Shown here in pieces: positions 1 to 5,116 of a DNA stretch of 10,098 nucleotides (position 1 is the stretch's first letter; every line of letters begins with the position of its first letter). The notes below the pieces were generated by a model, which was not told the origin of the DNA, made no database searches, and saw nothing but the letters and a program-made list of their open reading frames with translations. Origin of the DNA: Candidatus Woesearchaeota archaeon. GTDB lineage: Archaea; Nanobdellota; Nanobdellia; Nanobdellales; CAZNIQ01. Where the stretch lies: positions 1 to 10,098 of the forward strand of contig CAZNIQ010000025.1 in NCBI GenBank assembly GCA_964573185.1, given 5' to 3'. A program made the translations under genes and the position numbers.

Positions 1-1338
1 TATTCGGTCGTAGATTATTCCATTTTCAACATATTTTTCTTTAAATTCTTCAAATGTTTCAAAGTATTCTGAAATTCTTGTCTCTAAAATGTTTTCATAT
101 ACAGCCCTTTCAATTAATCTTTGATTTACATTTAGCATTTCCGCAATTTCTTTAACAGATTTTCTTGGATATAACCCTATTGCAACCAACTTGGCTTCTT
201 TTCTTTCTTCTCTATTTACAATTTTTCTTCTTAAATATTCTGCTACGACTAAACCTTCTCTTTGTTTTAAAGAATAAGCATATCCTATTTCTGTCAAGAA
301 TTTATAAACATCCTTTTCAGATTTCAGGTATAATCTATACATTACTTTTCCATCATATTCTTTCACTTTGTATATTTCAGATTCTATTCCAAATTCTTTC
401 AATATTTCTTTTATTTCTTCTAAGAATTTAACTAAGTTTTCTTCTAATTCTTTTACTTTTACAAATGTTAAACTTATCTGTAAAGCTGTTTTACCTTTAA
501 CTATTGGCTTTGAACCGTCTGAACCAAATAAACCTGCTAAGAAATTTGCTTTAACCCATTTTGGGCTTTCCTTTAACCATTCTGGTATTCTGAATTCTGC
601 TTTTGTTTTCTCACCAACAGGAGCTCCCAATTTAATTAATAATAATGCAAAAGCTTTTGAGGTAATCTTAATAGAATATTCTTTTCCTTCAGTTTCATAT
701 TCATAACCCCAAGGAGATTTTATCTTTATTTTTCTTTTCCTTTCATAAATTCTTGAAGCTTTAATACTTAATTTTTCTAGATCTCTTCTTAATTCTTCCA
801 ATCCTTCCTTTTCACCGTAGAACCAAACAATATATCTTTCTCTCTTCTTCCCTCTCTCTTCTGTTATTATTCTAGTTATGCATCCATCTCCAATTAGATA
901 ACCTAAAATTCTAGCAAGGATTCCAATTCTTAAATCATTTGATTTCAAAGGTAACAATTTTCTTTCTTTAAGATACTTAATTATTTGTGGGTCATATCTT
1001 TCGAAATCTTTTTCAGTTAAAATTACTTTTTCTTTTGGTTTTTCAAACTCAACACCTTCAAATGGGTAAACAGCTATATACTCTCCTACTTTTAGTTCTT
1101 TAGCTAATTTCCATCCTTCTTTTGTTAAAACTGGATGATCAAAAGATAATTCTAGTTCCCTTCCAGTTTCTGTTTTTATCTTTATTATGAACTCGTCAGA
1201 GGGTCTTTCAGATATAAATAAAATTCTGCTTCTCTTTTCCTTTGTTCTTAACTCTACTTCATTTAATAAAGGTATTAAATCTTTTATTTTAATTCTAAAA
1301 CCTAAATCCGTTAGTACTTCGGTATTTCCAGGCAAGCA
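1..1338 (-). mobile_element. Intein with LAGLIDADG homing-endonuclease domain, inserted in RtcB directly after GFDIN; C-terminal splice junction is outside the window
   Basis: After extein ...GGIGFDIN the sequence continues [14 protein letters not shown] (Cys1 codon 1338..1336, intein block A-like). This is followed by [12 protein letters not shown] (block B-like, TxxH type). Two LAGLIDADG motifs follow: [15 protein letters not shown] (about 883..903) and [14 protein letters not shown] (about 511..543). ENGIIYDRI at the window edge resembles block F. The RtcB motif would normally continue GFDINCGVR. Confidence 0.85.
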
Positions 1339-1626
1339 ATTAATATCAAAGCCTATTCCGCCAGGAGTAATTATTCCTTCATTTAAATCAAAAGCAGCAA
1401 CACCTCCAATTGGAAAACCATAACCTTGGTGTCCATCGGGCATTACGATCATCCATTTTTGAATACCCGGTAATGTAGCAACATTTCTTGCTTGTTCTAA
1501 CGTTTTATCTTCTTGCATTTTCTTAAGTAGTATTTCTGAAGCATATATTCTTGCAGGAACTCTCATTGGGGGCTCTTTTGGTATTTCCCAAATAAGATCA
1601 GAAACTTTTCTCAGCTTAATGTACAT
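1..1626 (-). CDS. rtcB: RNA-splicing ligase RtcB, N-terminal part interrupted by an intein; the rest of the gene lies beyond the left window edge
   Basis: Manual minus-strand translation from ATG 1626..1624 stays open to base 1 (542 codons). It is absent from the ORF track because it runs off the edge. The N-terminus [31 protein letters not shown]...[31 protein letters not shown]...PGGIGFDIN carries the conserved RtcB motifs (PDxHxGYGxPIGG, GGIGFDIN followed by Cys). Confidence 0.9.
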   Translation of the reverse strand, partial: MYIKLRKVSDLIWEIPKEPPMRVPARIYASEILLKKMQEDKTLEQARNVATLPGIQKWMIVMPDGHQGYGFPIGGVAAFDLNEGIITPGGIGFDINCLPGNTEVLTDLGFRIKIKDLIPLLNEVELRTKEKRSRILFISERPSDEFIIKIKTETGRELELSFDHPVLTKEGWKLAKELKVGEYIAVYPFEGVEFEKPKEKVILTEKDFERYDPQIIKYLKERKLLPLKSNDLRIGILARILGYLIGDGCITRIITEERGKKRERYIVWFYGEKEGLEELRRDLEKLSIKASRIYERKRKIKIKSPWGYEYETEGKEYSIKITSKAFALLLIKLGAPVGEKTKAEFRIPEWLKESPKWVKANFLAGLFGSDGSKPIVKGKTALQISLTFVKVKELEENLVKFLEEIKEILKEFGIESEIYKVKEYDGKVMYRLYLKSEKDVYKFLTEIGYAYSLKQREGLVVAEYLRRKIVNREERKEAKLVAIGLYPRKSVKEIAEMLNVNQRLIERAVYENILETRISEYFETFEEFKEKYVENGIIYDRI

Positions 1627-1656
1627 AAAAATAACTATGTTATAAACTTTTTAAAG
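1627..1656. promoter_or_regulatory. 30-bp divergent promoter spacer between rtcB (minus) and the methyltransferase fusion gene (plus)
   Basis: The spacer is entirely A/T-rich. The plus-strand ATAAAAATA (about 1625..1633) is centred about 27 nt upstream of ATG 1657. The minus-strand CTTTAAAAAG (complement of about 1648..1657) is centred about 26 nt upstream of ATG 1626. This spacing fits archaeal TATA boxes and leaderless transcripts. No BRE or TSS can be verified. Confidence 0.35.
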
Positions 1657-1704
1657 ATGAGGAGGGGCACACTCTCTGAGAATGATGAGAGGAGCGAGAG
1701 CCGA
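1657..1704 (+). ncRNA. Candidate box C/D sRNA-like element with degenerate terminal boxes, coincident with codons 1-16 of the downstream CDS
   Basis: Layout is ATGAGGA (C, 1 mismatch to RUGAUGA), 12 nt GGGGCACACTCT, CTGA (D', 1676..1679), GAA, TGATGA (C', 1683..1688), 12 nt GAGGAGCGAGAG, CCGA (D variant, 1701..1704). The 12/3/12 spacing is canonical and the internal boxes are perfect, but both terminal boxes are imperfect. The segment is locally GC-rich relative to its surroundings. Confidence 0.4.
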
Positions 1705-2847
1705 ATACTTCTTGTTCGTAAAATAAAAGATAAGGAAGCGTACCCACCAAAAGAAGACTCCTTCTTATTACAAAAATATGTTAAAATTTTTGCTAAAGGA
1801 ATAGTTTTGGATATTGGCACTGGTACTGGAATTCAAGCAATAACAGCAGCTTTAAAATCTAACGTCAAAAGAGTAATAGCCTCTGATATTGATAAAGATG
1901 CATTGATTATTGCAAAGTTTAATTCTGAGCTAAATGGAGTTTATGAAAAGATAATTTTTGTCCAATCCAACTTATTCGAAAGAATTCCAAAAATAAAATA
2001 TGATACTATTATTTTTAATCCCCCATATTTACCTGAGGAAGGAGTAGAGGATTATAAAACAAAACTTTGGACGGTTGGAGGTGAGGAAGGAAATGAACTT
2101 ATCTTAAGGTTTTTAGAAGAAGCTTGGAAATATTTATATAAAAATGGCATTATTCTTTTAGTTTTTTCATCTTTAAGCAATCCTAAAAAGATATTATCTT
2201 TTGCAGAAGAATTAGGATATTCATATAAGCTTTTAGAATCTAAAAGATTTTTCTTTGAAGAAATCTATGTTTACTTATTCAGCAGGTCTCATGATCATCA
2301 TCTTTCAGCACAGGAAACGTTCATCACCGAAGGTTGGCATTCTCATATTTATTTAACAGATAGAAATACTATTATAAAAAAGTTTAAAGAAAATTTAAGG
2401 TTAAACTATGAAAAGGAAAAATATTTTTTATTAAAGCTAAAGGATTTCGATTTTACTCCAAAGATTATAGATTTTGATGATAGCGAAATGAAAATAGAAA
2501 TGGAATATATTAAAGGAAAAACATTGAAGGAAGTTATTAAAAAAGGAAAGTTAACTGTCGATTTAATTAAGGATATTTTGGAGATTTGTTACACGCTAGA
2601 TAAATTGAGAATAGATAAAGGGGAGATGAATAGACCATGGGAACATATAATAATTTCAGATAGAATTGTCTTTATTGATTGGGAGAGAGCTAAAGAAACT
2701 AGAAAGCCTTCTAATGTAACAAATTTTCTACAGTTCTTACATAAAATTAAATTTATTGATATAACAAAAATAAAAGATATTTTAAGGAAATATAAGAAAA
2801 CCTATGATAGAAAGTATATTTTAGAGATAATCAGAAATCTAGGATAA
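1657..2847 (+). CDS. Fusion protein: N-terminal HemK/Mtq2-type (archaeal HemK-related) SAM-dependent methyltransferase plus C-terminal divergent Bud32/RIO-like kinase-fold domain
   Basis: The methyltransferase part (aa ~27-208) has YPPKEDSFLL, VLDIGTGTGIQAI (SAM motif I) and IIFNPPYLP (NPPY, codons 121-124 at 2017..2028), and ends ...FFFEEIYVYLFS like stand-alone archaeal HemK-related proteins. The C-terminal part (aa ~225-396) has GWHSHIYL...TIIKKF, KIEMEYIKGKTLKEVI, RIDKGEMNRPWEHIII and VFIDWE. These align by eye to the Bud32 elements (G-loop, VIIK, MEYIxG, HxDLxxxN, DFG) but with substituted catalytic residues. Confidence 0.75.
   Translation: MRRGTLSENDERSESRILLVRKIKDKEAYPPKEDSFLLQKYVKIFAKGIVLDIGTGTGIQAITAALKSNVKRVIASDIDKDALIIAKFNSELNGVYEKIIFVQSNLFERIPKIKYDTIIFNPPYLPEEGVEDYKTKLWTVGGEEGNELILRFLEEAWKYLYKNGIILLVFSSLSNPKKILSFAEELGYSYKLLESKRFFFEEIYVYLFSRSHDHHLSAQETFITEGWHSHIYLTDRNTIIKKFKENLRLNYEKEKYFLLKLKDFDFTPKIIDFDDSEMKIEMEYIKGKTLKEVIKKGKLTVDLIKDILEICYTLDKLRIDKGEMNRPWEHIIISDRIVFIDWERAKETRKPSNVTNFLQFLHKIKFIDITKIKDILRKYKKTYDRKYILEIIRNLG
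2279..2327 (-). ncRNA. Box C/D sRNA, antisense to and fully inside the fusion CDS at its domain junction
   Basis: Minus-strand layout is GTGATGA (C, 2327..2321), 12 nt ACGTTTCCTGTG, CTGA (D', 2308..2305), AAGA, TGATGA (C', 2300..2295), 12 nt TCATGAGACCTG, CTGA (D, 2282..2279). All four boxes are perfect, both guides are exactly 12 nt, and the segment is a local GC island. Confidence 0.8.
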
Positions 2848-3651
2848 TTTTTCTAGTACTTCTTTTGCAATTTCTTTTATCTTTTCATCTTTTACATTTT
2901 CTAAAATATATTCCCAAACATTTTTTGAAAAATTATAATTAACCAAAATCTTAAGTAAACAATCGTAATACTTTTTATATTTTTGGTATTTTTCACTTTC
3001 TTTTTCTGGTATACTTAAAAGTTTATTTTTGATCTGCTCATATAATTTAAATCCTAGTTTTACGTCTAGTAATCCATTTGGAACAAACAAATCTATTAAT
3101 ACTTCCTCAAAATCTGGAGGTAAGTTAATTTCGTTATAGTCAAATAATATATGCAACAGTTCATGTAGAAATCCGGAAAACTTTTCTTCAACACTTCGTC
3201 TTTCGTTTTTACCAGCTGATTGGAAAATTATATATCTGTCCTTATATACAAGTGCACTTCCAAAAGATATCGTAGGAGAAAGATTATAAACTAAGTAAAC
3301 TTCTACTTCATTAGGGAATTTCTTTATCAAAAAAGTTTCCTTAATTATTTCTAAAGCTTCTTCTATTTTTTCATTATAAAAGCCTTCAAATTTATTTTTC
3401 AATTCTATCAATTCTTCCTTTATTTCCTCAAACCATTCAATTTTATAATCTACTTTTATCTTTTTATCAAGAATTCCTAATAAAAATTCCTTTCCTTTTC
3501 CCTCTAAACATTTAGAACGAAATGTATATACCAACTTTGCTAATTTAAAATCTAGGAATTGAAAAAATAAAGGATCTAGATTTATAATATGTGATCTATA
3601 TAATAATGAAGCCAATTGTGCTTCTTTAGAGACAACTACCTTTACTTTCAT
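2839..3651 (-). CDS. Hypothetical protein with HExxH motif (possible zinc metallopeptidase-like)
   Basis: Intact 270-aa ORF with coding-like K/E/I-rich composition. It contains a single HELLH motif (aa 163-167, 3151..3165) in the context FSGFLHELLHILFDYNE. I recognise no other family signature. The 3' end overlaps the convergent fusion CDS by 9 nt. Confidence 0.6.
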   Translation of the reverse strand: MKVKVVVSKEAQLASLLYRSHIINLDPLFFQFLDFKLAKLVYTFRSKCLEGKGKEFLLGILDKKIKVDYKIEWFEEIKEELIELKNKFEGFYNEKIEEALEIIKETFLIKKFPNEVEVYLVYNLSPTISFGSALVYKDRYIIFQSAGKNERRSVEEKFSGFLHELLHILFDYNEINLPPDFEEVLIDLFVPNGLLDVKLGFKLYEQIKNKLLSIPEKESEKYQKYKKYYDCLLKILVNYNFSKNVWEYILENVKDEKIKEIAKEVLEKLS

Positions 3652-3689
3652 TAAAATTTATCGAAAATTTCATTGTTTATAAATTTTGT

Positions 3690-3738
3690 TCAGGAGCTTA
3701 GAGGCTCATCAATAATCAGCTCCGCCTGAAATCATCAT
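3690..3738 (-). ncRNA. Box C/D sRNA (intergenic)
   Basis: Minus-strand layout is ATGATGA (C, 3738..3732), 12 nt TTTCAGGCGGAG, CTGA (D', 3719..3716), TTAT, TGATGA (C', 3711..3706), 12 nt GCCTCTAAGCTC, CTGA (D, 3693..3690). The flanks (AUUUUAA 5' and ACAAAAU 3') can form a short terminal stem. It is the GC-rich island of an otherwise A/T intergenic region. Confidence 0.85.
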
Positions 3739-3766
3739 TTAAAATTATTTTTATATTTAATTTTAA
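3739..3766. promoter_or_regulatory. 28-bp divergent promoter spacer between the C/D sRNA (minus) and tatD (plus)
   Basis: Plus-strand TTTAAAAT (about 3739..3746) is centred about 25 nt upstream of the tatD ATG 3767. Minus-strand TTTAAAA (complement of about 3760..3766) is centred about 25 nt upstream of the C box at 3738. The TATA-like elements are interleaved; this is inference only. Confidence 0.35.
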
Positions 3767-4522
3767 ATGCTTGTAGACACACATTCGCATATCTTTTTTT
3801 ATAAAGAGAAAGTTGATGATGTAATAAAAGAATGTAAGGAAAAAGGAGTTAAATACATTGTTGAAAATGGTTTGAATGTAGAAACTAATAGAATTGTTTT
3901 AAATGAAGCTAAAAAATATGATATTGTTCTAGCAGCCTTAGGATTTCATCCAGTGGATATCTCAAAGGAAAAAGAAGATATTATTGAAAAAGAAATAGAA
4001 TTCATTAAAGAAAATAAGGATAAGATTGTTGCCATAGGAGAAGTTGGATTGGATTATTACTGGGTAAAAGAAAAAGATCTACAAGAGAAGCAGAAAAAAT
4101 ATTTATATAAATTTATTGAACTAGCAGAAGATATTAAAAAACCTTTGATAGTCCATTCTAGAAATTCTGAAAAAGACATTATAGATATTCTAAGCACAAC
4201 AAAAGCAAAAGTTATTTTACATAGTTATATGGGGAGGATTTCTTATGCTAAAAAAGCTATTGATTTTGGATTTTATTTTTCTGTCCCATCTGTAGTTTAC
4301 AAAAGAAAAGATTTGCACAGATTAATAGAGGAAATTCCTTTAGAGTTAATTTTAACTGAAACAGACTCTCCTTTTTTAGATCCAGTAGGTTACAGAAATA
4401 ATAAGCCATGGAAAGTAATTTACGGTTTAGAAACAATTACTAAAATAAAAAAAGTTGATTTAGAAGAATTAAAGGCAATAATAATTAGAAATTTTGAGAA
4501 AGTATTTCAAGTAAAAGTTTAG
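3767..4522 (+). CDS. tatD: TatD-family metal-dependent hydrolase/DNase
   Basis: N-terminal MLVDTHSHIFF (DxHxH metal site), GEVGLDYYW, PLIVHSR, VILHSY and LTETDSPFL match the TatD/amidohydrolase signature order. Intact 251-aa ORF. Confidence 0.88.
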   Translation: MLVDTHSHIFFYKEKVDDVIKECKEKGVKYIVENGLNVETNRIVLNEAKKYDIVLAALGFHPVDISKEKEDIIEKEIEFIKENKDKIVAIGEVGLDYYWVKEKDLQEKQKKYLYKFIELAEDIKKPLIVHSRNSEKDIIDILSTTKAKVILHSYMGRISYAKKAIDFGFYFSVPSVVYKRKDLHRLIEEIPLELILTETDSPFLDPVGYRNNKPWKVIYGLETITKIKKVDLEELKAIIIRNFEKVFQVKV

Positions 4523-5042
4523 AATTTAATACCTCTGGATGAAAAGTGAAACCATAAATCTCTCTGTTTTTTACCTTAAAAATCGCTGGTTCATCTTTAA
4601 CATATCCTAAAATTTCAAAATTTTCGCTTAAAACAGGATACCTCACTATTAAAAAATAAGCTCTAAATTTGCCAAAAATAGAATTTACATCATAAACTCC
4701 AATAAATCCTTTTTTCTTTAGTTTACCCCCAAATGTTAATGCTATTATTTGAGATCCTGCACCTACTCCTATCACTTTCTTATTCGTATTTTTAATCCAT
4801 TTGAACTTATCTAAATAGTTTAAATATTCAAAATCTTTAATAGCAGTTCCAGATAAAATAATTACATCCTCTTTCGGTTCTTTCTCCAATTCTTTATAAT
4901 GAATTACTTTAACATTTCCTTTTTCTTTAAAAATGTCTACTAAAGGTCCTACAAACTCTTCTTCATGCAACTTATATTTACATAAAGAAATTATCAGGAT
5001 CGAGAGTCCCTCATCATTTTCAGAGTGGGATAACGTCATCAT
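4485..5042 (-). CDS. Class-I glutamine amidotransferase-like protein (GuaA subunit A-like fold) lacking the nucleophile cysteine
   Basis: ILIISL (beta-1-like), VIILSG, VIGVGAGSQIIALTFGG in place of the GxCxGxQ nucleophile elbow, and YGFTFHPEV (His/Glu of the triad). The only canonical in-frame starts are ATG 5042 or 5039, both inside the C box of the overlapping sRNA. Confidence 0.65.
   Translation of the reverse strand: MMTLSHSENDEGLSILIISLCKYKLHEEEFVGPLVDIFKEKGNVKVIHYKELEKEPKEDVIILSGTAIKDFEYLNYLDKFKWIKNTNKKVIGVGAGSQIIALTFGGKLKKKGFIGVYDVNSIFGKFRAYFLIVRYPVLSENFEILGYVKDEPAIFKVKNREIYGFTFHPEVLNSKLLLEILSQNF
4994..5042 (-). ncRNA. Box C/D sRNA coincident with codons 1-17 of the GATase-like CDS
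   Basis: Minus-strand layout is ATGATGA (C, 5042..5036), 12 nt CGTTATCCCACT, CTGA (D', 5023..5020), AAA, TGATGA (C', 5016..5011), 13 nt GGGACTCTCGATC, CTGA (D, 4997..4994). All four boxes are perfect and the segment is a GC-rich island. A TATA-like ATTTTTAAA (complement of 5067..5075) sits about 29 nt upstream of the C box. Confidence 0.8.
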
Positions 5043-5080
5043 TAAGATTTTAAATTTTGTTTAGAATTTAAAAATTAGAT
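5043..5080. promoter_or_regulatory. 38-bp divergent promoter spacer between the sRNA/GATase-like unit (minus) and tRNA-Gln (plus)
   Basis: Plus-strand TTTTAAAT (5048..5055) is centred about 29 nt upstream of tRNA position 1 (5081). Minus-strand ATTTTTAAA (5075..5067) is centred about 29 nt upstream of the C box/ATG at 5042. The symmetric spacing fits archaeal TATA boxes; unverified. Confidence 0.4.
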
Positions 5081-5116
5081 AGCCCCGTCGTCTAGCGGCC
5101 AAGGATGCGGGGTACC

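Noticed and set aside
165-1423. Plus-strand track ORFs 165..431, 368..706 and 1187..1423
   Set aside because: They are low-complexity F/L/S/I-rich shadow ORFs antisense to the rtcB-intein reading frame, which is open across the whole region and carries strong motifs.
1635-1820. Minus-strand 61-aa ORF
   Set aside because: It is antisense to the well-supported methyltransferase N-terminus and spans the promoter spacer. It has no motifs and is a shadow ORF.
2278-2330. Splitting the 396-aa ORF into two separate genes at the antisense sRNA
   Set aside because: No stop codon interrupts the frame, and no ATG, GTG or TTG start is available for the kinase-like domain near its N-terminus (the first Met is about 50 residues into the domain). 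As sequenced it is a single ORF, and the split state is proposed only as an ancestral condition.
2475-2480. Other TGATGA / TCATCA hits as possible C boxes (2475..2480 +, 3814..3819 +, 6316..6321 -, and hits near 6621 -, 8421 -, 9518 -, 9847 -)
   Set aside because: None is followed by CUGA at 11-13 nt, and none has a second C'/D' pair. All lie in ordinary coding sequence encoding D-D or D-E dipeptides.
5105-5116. Track start codon ATG 5105 for the intron ORF (MRGT...)
   Set aside because: These 12 nt are D-stem and anticodon-stem bases of tRNA exon 1 and are removed from the intron by splicing. The first ATG inside the intron is at 5117 (5174 is an alternative).
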